Under the pieces are notes generated by a model, which saw nothing but the letters and a program-made list of their open reading frames with translations, had not been told where the DNA came from and did no database searches. From Rebecca billardiae RCC1528 (taxonomy: Eukaryota > Protista > Haptophyta): a stretch of 64,000 bases of DNA. The position numbers and the translations under genes are program-made. The stretch covers positions 1,736,001-1,800,000 of the forward strand of contig OZ251230.1 of NCBI GenBank assembly GCA_965240325.2. The letters run 5' to 3'. Of the stretch, positions 43,580 to 54,109 are shown piece after piece (within the stretch, counting starts at the first letter, position 1; each line of letters opens with the position of its first letter).

Positions 43580-44443
43580 ATGGCGACGACCATCTCGACG
43601 GCGCGCCTCTTCGGCGGGACGCTCCAGCGGCTCACACACCGCTCGGCGGCGACGGCGTGCGACATGACGTTCGCCGTATATCTGCCGCCCCAAGCAGCGC
43701 AGCAGCCCGTGCCCACGCTCTACTGGCTGTCCGGCTTGACGTGCACGGATGAGAACTTCACGCATAAGAGCGGCTTCGCGCGCGCTGCGGCCGAGCGTGG
43801 CCTGTGCGTGGTTGCGCCCGACACCTCACCGCGCGGGGTTAATATTCCTGGGGAAGACGATTCGTATGATTTTGGCTCAGGCGCTGGCTTCTACGTGGAC
43901 GCGACGCGCGCACCGTGGAGCGCGCATTACAACATGTACACGTACGTGCGCGACGAGCTGCCGCAGCTGGTGGAGTCGACGTTCGCGAGCGAGGTGCTTC
44001 CGGGCCGCCGCTCTGTTTCGGGCCATTCGATGGGTGGGCATGGCGCTCTCACGCTCTTCCTCAAAAACCCAAGCGCGTACGTCTCCGTCTCGGCGTTTGC
44101 GCCGATTTGCGCTCCAACCAACTGCCCGTGGGGTCAGAAGGCCTTCAAGGGCTACCTGGGGAGCGTCGACGCGGGCCGCGCGCACGACGCGAGCGAGCTC
44201 GCCCGCACATTCGATGCACGGGTGAAGCACGCTATTCTCGTCGATCAGGGTACGTCAGACACATTCCTCTCGGCAGGCGGTGTGGACCAGCTGCAGCCGA
44301 ATGCCCTGCGCGCCGCATGCGCCGCAAGCGGGCTGCCGCTCGAGCTGCGCATGCAAGACGGGTACGACCACTCTTACTACTTCATCTCCAGCTTCATCGA
44401 TGACCACGTGCGCTTCCACGCAAGCGCACTCCAGGCTGCATGA
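43580..44443 (+). CDS. ESD: S-formylglutathione hydrolase (esterase D)
   Basis: LYWLSGLTCTDENF, PDTSPRG, GAGFYVDAT, GHSMGGHGAL, CPWGQKAF, GYDHSYYF. Confidence 0.96.
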   Translation: MATTISTARLFGGTLQRLTHRSAATACDMTFAVYLPPQAAQQPVPTLYWLSGLTCTDENFTHKSGFARAAAERGLCVVAPDTSPRGVNIPGEDDSYDFGSGAGFYVDATRAPWSAHYNMYTYVRDELPQLVESTFASEVLPGRRSVSGHSMGGHGALTLFLKNPSAYVSVSAFAPICAPTNCPWGQKAFKGYLGSVDAGRAHDASELARTFDARVKHAILVDQGTSDTFLSAGGVDQLQPNALRAACAASGLPLELRMQDGYDHSYYFISSFIDDHVRFHASALQAA

Positions 44444-44625
44444 CTACTCCATGGCAACACCCAGCCGGGCCGCCTGGCGGCCGGCGCCTCAATCGGACTG
44501 AATTACTGAATTATAAGCCCGAAGAATTCGGGCATAATACTAGCAGCGTGCATGGAGCCCGCTGTCGGCGCGGCGGGCACGACCGCACGAACCACTCGTC
44601 GCCAGACTAGATATACTATTATTCA

Positions 44626-46395
44626 TGGCCCGCGGTGCAGGGCGGAGCGCGTAGCGTGGAGCCCCGCCGGGGGCCCTCACTACGTTGTCAAAAAGATCTT
44701 TTGATCAAAGAAAAGGGGACGGGGGACGATTTTGAGGGCTGTTGGAGGGTGAATTTTCGCTTTTTCGAGGGGTACGTACCGTACATTGCTGTCTATCCGC
44801 AAGACGCGATTGACGAAATAGGCGCGCCCGCCAATTCGCCGTATGTCGATGGACGGACGTGGGATCAGATACCCCGGGGGTGAAACAAGTGAGTAGTTCC
44901 CAGTCCTACCCCTCTTGTTTGTATGCTGAAGTACGAGTTTGCCGAGCGACGTTTGATTGTTTTGGGTCGAAAACAGCTATGAGGCCAGATTCTTTTGAAT
45001 AGTGCTTGTTCAAATACGTTACCCGCCTGTCTCGATGGATGAACCGCCTCGTCATATTAAAAGAGTTTCTTTTCAATAGCGCTTGTCCAACCAAGTTACC
45101 CGTCTGCCTCGATGGATGAACCTCCTGTGTCATAATGAAGGGACGATTGTTTTGAATAGCGCTGGTTAAACCAAGTTACCCGCCTGCCTCGATGGATGAA
45201 CCTCCTTTGCCATAATGAAAGAAAAACGGGTTACCCGCCCGCCAGCGTCTCGTGACGAGGACGGGTGCCCAAGCGGCAAGCGCGCACATCATGATCATCG
45301 CCGTCGGCGGGCCCATCTTCGGCCGGCTCGAGCTGATGCACATCACGACGCTCAAGCAGGCGCTGTCCGTACCGACGTTGGCGCGCCTCCAGCGGATGGT
45401 CGACAAAGCACCCGTGGGCGAAGGAGGACCACAATCATGGCCGAGTCATCGGAGACGTCGCTGACCTCGCGGCTTCAAACATCAACCGCTCAGCCGGTTG
45501 CCACCGCGGCCGAGCGGTGCGCGCTCGCCACCGCGGCCGGCGCTGTGCACGGGCGTGCTGAGCCCGGGCCGCGTGAGCTCGCCCACCTCGCCCGGCGCGC
45601 ACGCCGACGCCGCCACCGCGGCTCGGCGGCCGGACTCATCTCGGCCCGCAGCGCGTGCGTCCCCCCGCGGCGGCGCGCGCCGCCGTCGCCGCCGCGCAGG
45701 CCGTGCACTCGGTGGATGAGGAGACGGCCCTGCTGCGCGCGGAGCGCTGCGCGCCGCGCGCTGCTCCTGCTGCGGCGCGCAGTAGTCCGCTCGTCCGCCC
45801 CGCGGGCTCGCCACGGAGCCGACGAGCGCGATGACGACAATCGAATGAGCACGAGTGCGCACGGAGGCGCTGGGCGCCGAGCTGGCGAAGCGCGGCGCCG
45901 AGCTCGACGCGCTGCGCGACGCGGCGACGGACGCGCTGGGCGCGCGCGGCGCCCTCGTCGCGACGCCCCGTGCAGCAGCTCGAGCAGCCAGCTGTGGAGT
46001 CAGACGGCCGTCGACTCGAGGGCGCCACCGCGCCGGGTGAGTGAGCACGCACGGGCTCCGCCTCGGTCGGAGGCTGGCTGGCCGCCGCCGTGGCTTCGAG
46101 GCCGACGCGGCGGAGGAGGCGGCGGGCGAGCACGGTGGCGCGGTGGAGCAGGCGCGCACGCGCGGCGGCAGGCGCGACCCGCCGCTCGCCTCGTTCCACC
46201 CCGAGCTCCGCGCTCGGTCTCGCCTCTCGGTGCGCGGCTGCGCAGCGCCGTGAGCGCAGGCTGGGGTCCGTACTTCTTCGCGCGGCCCGCGGCGACAGTC
46301 CTCATCGGCCCGCCATGTTGACCAGACTGAGACAGCAGCCGACGGAGGGTGCACCGCGGGCCCCTAACTACGTTGGTTCTACGGAAGGACCGCCA
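44626..46395 (+). mobile_element. Asymmetric-TIR/hairpin element, family 1 copy C (diverged, terminal hairpin collapsed)
   Basis: TGGCCCGCGGTGCAGGGCGG left end; right end TGCACCGCGGGCC-CCTAACTACGTTGGTTCTACGGAAGGACCGCCA; cargo shared with copy D. Confidence 0.78.
44993..45220. repeat. About 80-bp tandem repeat, 3 copies, inside copy C
   Basis: Core TT(G/C)AATAGYGCT...GTTACCCG(C/T)CTG(C/T)CTCGATGGATGAACC repeated three times. Confidence 0.85.
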
Positions 46396-46927
46396 TAAAC
46401 GACACATGCGGTAGCACGCAGCGCACGGGAGTCTCCTCCCCGGGGATAGACTGACGCTCCGATAGCCGTCGGCCGCAGCATGAGCAGCTAGTGAGTAGTG
46501 CCCGACGATTGTCGACCGAACTGTCCGGGCGTTGGTGAATGGTGGGAGAGCACAGCCCTGAATGCACCCGCGATCAGATCGCTCAGAAATGGCTTGAGAG
46601 CGGCCGCCCGCGAAAGTGAATCAGTGTCAATTATCAGCAAGAGCTGCCGAGTGCCGTGGAGCGCGATCCGCACCTGCGTTGCGTGGCTCGCATGGACCTG
46701 CTGTGCCCCCGGTCGAGGGCAAGGGTGCAGGTCCGGATGTCACTAGCTAGACACTAGCTTACGCTGGCTCTCTCAGCCGATGCCTAGCTAGTTCACTGTT
46801 CACTGTTCTGTGTTCAGCGGCTGCCGGTCCAGCCTGCCCCAGTGCACCCCGGGTAGGCGCGTATCATCTTCTTTTTTTTTTTTTTTTATAGTAACAGTAC
46901 GCACGTACTACGACTATCGATCACAGT

Positions 46928-48711
46928 CACCTTGAAAAAACGCCACCAGCGTTCGCGGCCACATTGAGAAGTTTTTCACGGCTCATTGATCGACGCTAAG
47001 CAAGAATCCACCATTAAGGCAGGTCGGCCAAGGGAATCACGTCCATCGATACGCGACCAATCAACAGGCTCCATTCGGTTTACTCATGATTCCGGCGAGG
47101 CTGGTAATGCGGGTAGATGAAATGGCGCTGTCTGATTGGTCAGCCGTTTGCTATCGTTCCTTCGCGGCATCCAATCATCTGCAACTCTGAAACGAAGAAC
47201 AGGGCCCAGGTCTCTTTTCGGGTGCTCGGTAGATCGAAAGCGGGCGCTCGCCCCTCCGAGCAAAGGACTCCGAGCGAGCGAGGCTCGCCATCCACCTGCG
47301 CCGCGGGCGGGCGGCTGGGCCACGCATCGCGTGAGGTCGTGCAGCCGTTGCGTTGCCCTGCTGTGGGCGTGTGCTGCCTGGGCTGCGGCAGATCAGCACT
47401 ATGCTTCAGCCTGCCACGCAAGTGCTCCTCCTTGACACCGTCTCCGGGTCTGGAAGTCATGCGCGCCGGCCCCGAGCGCCCGATCCGCTGAGCCGCGTGT
47501 CGGCATGGCGCAAGCGTGCGCGCGCATGATGCGCGACACTGTGAGTCGGTGTCGCGGCTGCCATCGACGAATATAGCTCTTCATGGGCGCATATGGTGGT
47601 AATCCGCCCGAAGTCCGCCGACGCATTCACTTGCAGTGGCACGAAGGCTTGCGCGCTCTCACTCACTCCGAGCCCGCGGTCCGCGCGACTGGTCAGCTTT
47701 TGGCCTGTCTGCGCAGACGCGCGGGCGCGTACTGGCGAGAGCGCGTTAGGGCTGCTTAAGCTGCAGAACAGTACTACGCTTGTCCTCGCCGCACACCCGC
47801 TCCTCCTTGACGACGTCTCAGCGTCTCAAAGCCATGCGCGCCACCCGTTGCGGACAAGGGAGGGAAGCCGATCAGATCCGACTGATCAGCGGGGAGTGCG
47901 CACGCGCGTGATGAGCGACAGGGAGCACTGCAGGCGTGACCGCTACAGGCGAATGCAGCCTTACTTGGCGCATATTGAGCCACCTGGATCGCATCCACCC
48001 GTAGATTTGTCGCGCACCAAAGGCGTGCACGCTCTCAAGCCCGGCGCCGTCATTGAATCCGAGCCCGGGCGGTTCTGCGGATGGTCGTCTGCTCTCTGCA
48101 CAGACGTGTGGGCCCAAGCTGGCGCGAAGGATCGCGCGGTAATCAGGGCTACGCTCACCCACGTCCCACAGCGGATCGACCCCCTATATCTCTCACTGTG
48201 CACGCGCACTTCTCCCTATTGACCTGCTACCGCCGAATGACGGGCCCGCGGACTGTCTGCCCTTCCGCTCGCGGTTGCACGCCGCCGCGTGCAACCCTTG
48301 GAGACCCGCAGGCGGTGGGAAGGGAGAACGCTCGCAGGGCGGCGTCACGCGTGATGCTGTTCTGCCGCAGCCCATGCAGCGCGCGCCCACTGCAGGGCAA
48401 CGCGGCGGCGGACGCGTTTCGTGCGGCCCAGTACAACGTGACGGTGGCGGCGGACGGGCGAAGGGCAAAAAGCGCCGCCTCCGTCCTCCAACGAAGACCC
48501 ACGAGGCTAGTGAAAGGGTCCACTCCCGAAATCCCTTTGCTGGAGCTTGCGCATCTGCGGCTTCGGCGCCTATCGTCCGAGATTCGCACGCTTCCCAGCT
48601 GATTATTGCCGCAGGTAAGTGCACCTTAGGCGATCAAAAAATGAGCCCTATGCAGTTCACGTGAGAACGAATGTAGAGGGCCACGGACGCTGGTGGCGTT
48701 TTTTCAAGGTG
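46928..48711. mobile_element. Non-autonomous TIR DNA transposon (1784 bp)
   Basis: Perfect 25-bp TIR CACCTTGAAAAAACGCCACCAGCGT; degenerate inner inverted repeats (about 47314-47400 vs 48350-48431); empty site present in the paralogous segment at 57841-57856. Confidence 0.93.
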
Positions 48712-49711
48712 TGTATATCTCCCGCCTACTTACAGCGTGCATTGATAGTATACTGCTGATTGATATGTCAGGTAGAAGCTGAAGCGACGCGGAGCGTGGT
48801 TGACCGTTTAGGCGGTTGCTCGAGGTCTCGTGGTCGTCCGCGCTTCGCGGGTGGGTTGCTCGCCCGCGATGGCTTATTCAATATTAATATAAGCTAAAGC
48901 TAGCAGCAGTAATTCACTCCGTTAAGTCAAACTGCTGTAAGACTAGTGACTATCAACGTAATATATAAATTAAAAGCGGAACGCTGATGTTTAACGGTGG
49001 GCCGAGCCGTGCGCACCGGGACCGGCTGAGCCGCAACCGCCCGCGCCAGATGTGAGATGCCAGACTATGGGGCCGGGACCAAAGTTGTTGATGAACTGGG
49101 TGGGTATCCCAGTGCCGGAATCCGGGAGTCGCCTCGAATGCCGACGGTACGTAATTTTACCACGACGACTCGATAACGGGCACGAGCACTCTCGTAACGG
49201 TCGTCATCATCGTCAGCCCATCGGAGTAGCCCGGGCAGTAGCCCAATCTGCTCGTCATAAGCAGGCGGTCCCGCGCAGCCGGTCCTGCGTCCCGTGCCGT
49301 GCCACGAATCAGGCCGGGTTACTAGGCGGGTAGTGAGTCTGGCACGGAGTGGTGTGCCACCGAATCGCCAATCGCAATCGGGCATCGGCGAATGGCGTGC
49401 CCCGGCCCGGCACTTAGCAGCTAACGACTCAGGGACGTCATAAATAATCGGACGACCATGCATGCATGCTGACTGGTCGACTCTCATCATAGCGTGCGCG
49501 GATGGTGCTCAGAGGCCGGTGTCGCGATCGAACAGCTCCGCACGCACGTTGGCAGCCACCAGCATCTCTCGAAAGGCTGGTCGTCGGTATTATTGCGCGT
49601 CCGGCGACCTGCTGGAGTGCGGTGAGTGAGTGCGGTCGGCTAGGCCCGACCGACACGATCTACATCGAGCGCGCTCCAGCCCCTCAAAGGGTGCCTCTCG
49701 TCGGAAGCCTC

Positions 49712-50581
49712 TCACGGCTTGCGCGTGTGCTGCTCGAGGAGTGTCGCGAACAGCTCCGCCCGCACGTCGAGAGCCGCCCGCACCGTCTCGAAAAGCTGGT
49801 AGCGCGTCTCCGTGTCGAGCCCGACCGACGCAATAGCACGCTCGAGCCCCTCAAAGTGCCCGTCGTCACACCCGATGTGGAGCGGGAAGAAAGAACTGTC
49901 ACGCGGCGACAGCTGCGTGAACTTCTGGATGGCCTTGAAGGTGAAGGTGTTCATGCGGGGGGCGATGAGCTCGTTCTGGTAGGCGAGGACCGCCATCGCC
50001 ACGGCGGCTGGGCTCTTCTCGAGCAGCTCGATGACGGTCTTGCTCAGCTTGGTGCCAGGGCCATCAGCGGGCGCCAACTCCGGCATGGTGACCCCGGCCT
50101 CATTTGCGAGTGCCTGCTTGTAGCGGATGAAGAGATCCTTGTGGTGGACGCCTTGCACCCACTCGGCCTCGATGCCCTCCTCTGCCATCGAGGCCAGCAT
50201 CTCGTCGTCGTACTCGCCGCACTCCTCGCGCCGATTGATGTCAACCGCGGTGTACGCCTCTGAGCCGACGTCCAGCTTGGCCTGGATCATCTCGACCATG
50301 CGGACAAAGTGGCGCGAGTAGGCGGAATACTCGGTGGCATAATCCAGCAGGGCGGAGGCCATCGGCACGGCGATCTTGTTGTCCGCGAGTGCGTGGAAGT
50401 ACGGGTGCTCGGCCGCCGGGTGCGCGAGGGCAAACTCACGTACGGCGGCGAGGAAATCCAGCGGGCTCGTCTTCTCCGTGTCGAAGAGCGTCTGGTTCAG
50501 CCCCTCGGCCTTCCCATCGTTGAGCTTCTCTGCGGGGGTGCTGAACTCGATGGGCGTCATCGTCGCCTCGGCGTGCGGCAT
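49712..50581 (-). CDS. Heme-oxygenase-like diiron oxidase (CADD/PqqC/TenA/BesC superfamily), copy 1
   Basis: HPYF...YATEY...N-x2-EE; candidate ligand set E120, H147, E204, H235-x3-D239-x2-H242, matching the CADD-type diiron motif. Confidence 0.82.
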   Translation of the reverse strand: MPHAEATMTPIEFSTPAEKLNDGKAEGLNQTLFDTEKTSPLDFLAAVREFALAHPAAEHPYFHALADNKIAVPMASALLDYATEYSAYSRHFVRMVEMIQAKLDVGSEAYTAVDINRREECGEYDDEMLASMAEEGIEAEWVQGVHHKDLFIRYKQALANEAGVTMPELAPADGPGTKLSKTVIELLEKSPAAVAMAVLAYQNELIAPRMNTFTFKAIQKFTQLSPRDSSFFPLHIGCDDGHFEGLERAIASVGLDTETRYQLFETVRAALDVRAELFATLLEQHTRKP

Positions 50582-50744
50582 GTCGACGGGTCACGTGGTG
50601 GACCCGGGCGTGGTGGATGGGTGCGCACCCACCCGCTTTGCAGGGTTGGGGTGCGCCAACCGAACGCGCGCCGAAGAAATCCGGCGCGTATCTCATAATC
50701 AGTGTGGGATGGGATGGGATCTGTCTGGGTCGTTATCATATATC

Positions 50745-50745
50745 A

Positions 50746-50791
<46 letters not shown>
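50745..50791. repeat. (TA)n microsatellite in the HDO/MFS divergent intergenic region
   Basis: Direct observation. Confidence 0.95.
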
Positions 50792-50793
<2 letters not shown>

Positions 50794-50818
50794 GGGTAGT
50801 GAACAACGTTCGTCAACG

Positions 50819-52336
50819 ATGACGACCGCCCGGGCCGGCATGACAACCACGGGCGCGGGCACGACCGCGGCGCTGTGCTTGCTGACGATGATCGGTCCGC
50901 TCTCGCTCAACCTGTACACGCCCGCACTACCCATCATGACGCAGGCGATCGCGGGCGGCTTTGTCAGCTCGATGCAGCTCACCCTTGCAGCGTACTCGCT
51001 CACGTTCGGCCTCATGCACGTGCCCGCTGGCGCAATCTCTGACGTGCAGGGCCGCTGGCCCGTGCTGCGACTCGGCGCGGGCGTGTACCTGCTTGCATCA
51101 TGCGTGTGCCCGCTGGTCACATCGGCGCTGCAGCTGACGACGCTGCGCATCCTCCAGGGCGCCGGCGCTGCTGGCGTGTCGATCACTGCCCAGGCATCTG
51201 TGGCAGACCTCTTCGAGACGCAGATTGCACGCCAGCGCGCCATCGGCTACCTAATCATCGCGAGGCAGTCCGCGTACTTCGCTGCCCCTGCGCTAGGCGC
51301 GCTCGCGCTCAAGCTACTCGGTTGGCGATGGGTTCTCGCGCTCTACCCGATGCTGGGCGCGCTCGTGGCGATTGTGAGCGCTTTGCACCTCGCGCCGCTC
51401 CTGGCAGCGCGCGACGCACGCACGCGCGCCAGCGCAAAGCCGTATCCGTCGAGCTCAGGCAGCGGTGACGTCGGCAGCGACCAACACATCGCGCACCCAG
51501 GCGGCACGATGGCACTTGTCGGCGCTGTGCCACCGCGTGCCGCCGCTGCTGCGCGCCTGCGCGCCGGCTGCTGCAGCGTGCTGTCGCCATACCGCTCGTT
51601 CTTGTTCGACGCTCGCTACCACGGCTATGCCTGGGCGGACGCCCTCACAGTGGGAGCCGAAGTGGCGTTCGTCAGCGCGGGCAGCTACGTACTGCAGAGC
51701 TTCTACCAGCTTCCTGCTGCCGTGTTTGCGGCCGCAATGGCGTTGCTACCCACCGCAGTCATCGCGGGCGTGCACCTGGCACCGCGGCTGACAGGGATGC
51801 AGCTGAGCAGCGCATACTGGGCGGTGCCGGCGGGCCTGCTTGTCGGAACCATCGCGCTCGCAGCCGAGCTCGTGGCCGCTAGCGCCATGGACAAGCCTCC
51901 GTGGCCCCTCTTCTGTGCGGCTGGCATGCTGATGGCGCTCGGGCGTGGTGTGCTGACGCCGTTGGTCCAAGGCTTCCTGACGGAGCACTGCATTGGGGCC
52001 GTTGGGAGTGCCATGGCCATGCTCAACTGCTGGCGGTTCTGCGCCGGCACGGCGAGCACATACATCGTCGGCGTGGTGTACGACAATGGGCCGTGGCCGA
52101 CGGGAGCCCCTGCGCCCGCGGCGGCAGTCGTCCTGTCGCTGCATGTGCTCGCACTTGTGCTCTTCGAGACGCTTGCGCGGAGAGCCGAGCGCAGCGGCGA
52201 GAGAATGGCGATCGCCCCGGACGTGGAGCCGTCCAAAAGTGAAGATGGCGCTGGGGCAGCTGCATCTGGAGTGACGGCAGCCACGCCGGCGTATGAGGAC
52301 GCTGCTGCCGCTGCTGCTGATGCGGCTCGGCGCTGA
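50819..52336 (+). CDS. MFS transporter, DHA1 Bcr/CflA-like drug:H+ antiporter
   Basis: IGPLSLNLYTPALP (TM1), GAISDVQGRWPV (motif A), LRILQGAG (motif B), APALGA (motif C); about 12 TM; intronless; ATG at 50819. Confidence 0.9.
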   Translation: MTTARAGMTTTGAGTTAALCLLTMIGPLSLNLYTPALPIMTQAIAGGFVSSMQLTLAAYSLTFGLMHVPAGAISDVQGRWPVLRLGAGVYLLASCVCPLVTSALQLTTLRILQGAGAAGVSITAQASVADLFETQIARQRAIGYLIIARQSAYFAAPALGALALKLLGWRWVLALYPMLGALVAIVSALHLAPLLAARDARTRASAKPYPSSSGSGDVGSDQHIAHPGGTMALVGAVPPRAAAAARLRAGCCSVLSPYRSFLFDARYHGYAWADALTVGAEVAFVSAGSYVLQSFYQLPAAVFAAAMALLPTAVIAGVHLAPRLTGMQLSSAYWAVPAGLLVGTIALAAELVAASAMDKPPWPLFCAAGMLMALGRGVLTPLVQGFLTEHCIGAVGSAMAMLNCWRFCAGTASTYIVGVVYDNGPWPTGAPAPAAAVVLSLHVLALVLFETLARRAERSGERMAIAPDVEPSKSEDGAGAAASGVTAATPAYEDAAAAAADAARR

Positions 52337-52535
52337 GTCAAGTGGAATAACATTTTATATAATTATAATCTGCTGATTAAAATCAGAAGCCCGCGTGCTG
52401 TGTCTCCTGTGTCTCATCGGACCGTTGAGAGTTTGAGACATCACGGGTGACATCACCGGGCCGTCACGGAACCGGAGAGTCGGACCAAGCCGGACCCGGT
52501 CCATCCAAGGCCAAGGGCCGTATGATGCATTCGGA

Positions 52536-54019
52536 TGGCGCACGGCCCCCCCGAAAGGTCTGACTTGAGCGTGAGCGAAAGCCGGGGGGGGGGGGGGGGG
52601 CGCACGTGCTCCGCAAAATCAAAAAAGAGGATGCGCGCAGGATTTGGGGGATTTTTGTAGGTCGTGGATTTAGGTGTGAAACCGCAGCATAGAGACCCCA
52701 TAGGCCATATCGCTGCTCATGATTGATTGCGTTTGTACTGCCCCTTAATCTTTGGATAGTAAGTAATAGAAGAAATCGGAATCAAATAGGACGAAGTCAT
52801 CTCTGATACCTTTCTGATAGTCAAGATTCGTGTGTTGAACTGACCATAAAAAAGGTGAGATGTCGAACTAATTCTCTGGATAGCTGTTCACTCCTCAGAT
52901 TCATTCATCAAAGCGACGCGATATGGTATTGCGCGGGCAGCTTGAATCGACGTTCCCGCGCGCCCTGGTATCATACGGTTATCAAGCTACTCTTGCTGAT
53001 ATACTTTTGGTCATCTACTGATACGACGTCAATGCGGGTGGCAATCCATTCTTGTGATTGCAAGAAGCCAGCAAGAATGGATTGCCACCCGCATTGACTG
53101 GCCTGAAGATCTCATGAGCATAAGAATTTCTACCGCTTCACGCACGACCCTTGATTCTCTCCCATTTAATACCGGCGCGTCCGGGAGAGCTTGACGAATA
53201 TGAACGATAAACTTGAGCGGACAAATCTTCATAATATCTCCCTTCATGATTAATACTATACCATGGTACGGCCTTTGGCTTTGCGGCTCGCGCATTGACG
53301 GGCGCGGGGCATCAGGCTCCGAACGAGGCGCAGAAAGCCGCCACTGCCCATGTAGGCCGCCGCCGCACGATCGTTCAATCCGACAGACTCAGCGCAGGTG
53401 CGCGCGGCTGCGGTGGGTCCCAACGGCCGTCGGCATCGCATTGCCATTCGTGCCTCTTTCCCCCCTCGCGCCCCGCCCCGGTGCCGACCCGCGTCCGCGC
53501 GCGTCGGCGCGCCCGTCGCGCAGTTTATTAACCCGACTGCTCAGCCGCATCACCCAGCGCAGCTTCGCCCGCGACGACGGCTTCGCCTGGCTACCACTGC
53601 TCATCAGCCGCGTGCCCGGCTTCGGCTCGGCGGGCGTCCGGTTCGGCGAGCACGGCTGCAGCGCAGCACGCGAGACCTCGGCTGGATGGAGCGGCCGGCT
53701 GTGACGCGGATGGCGGAGGCGGGCTTTGGGCTCGGGCTGCCCATGAGCCACCACGGGCTGTACCGTCTGCGCAGATCGCGCTCGGCCCGGCCGCAGCCCT
53801 CCTGAGCGCGCGCCTCAGAGCTGAGACTGATCACGGGCAGGCGCACGAGCGACACTGCCGTGCGAGCCGCCGCGTGTGCTCGCAGGCGCGGCGCTCGCAT
53901 GGGCTCAACGCGGGCGCAGCGGGTGCGCGCAGCTGGCGCACGCAGCCACGCGCGGAACTAGCTAGGGCCGTGCGCCCTCAACTTCGTTGTTTACTACCCG
54001 AAGATCGGCGTAGCCGATC

Positions 54020-54020
<1 letters not shown>
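52536..54020 (+). mobile_element. Asymmetric-TIR/hairpin element, family 2 (copy E)
   Basis: Left T-GGCGCACGGCCC, inverted copy GGGCCGTGCGCC at 53965-53976, spacer CTCAACTTCGTTGTTTACTACCCGAA, hairpin GATCGGC-GTA-GCCGATC at 54003-54019. Internal 53360-53500 is homologous to copies A and B. Confidence 0.8.
53028..53098. other. Perfect 27-bp-stem hairpin with 17-nt loop
   Basis: GTCAATGCGGGTGGCAATCCATTCTTG / CAAGAATGGATTGCCACCCGCATTGAC are exact reverse complements. Confidence 0.95.

Positions 54021-54021
<1 letters not shown>

Positions 54022-54107
<86 letters not shown>
54022..54107. repeat. (GA)n microsatellite
   Basis: Direct observation; abuts the right end of copy E. Confidence 0.97.

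Positions 54108-54109
<2 letters not shown>

Noticed and set aside
44993-45220. Possible CRISPR-like repeat-spacer array
   Set aside because: Only three long degenerate units with short, partly similar variable parts; an ordinary tandem repeat inside a mobile element.
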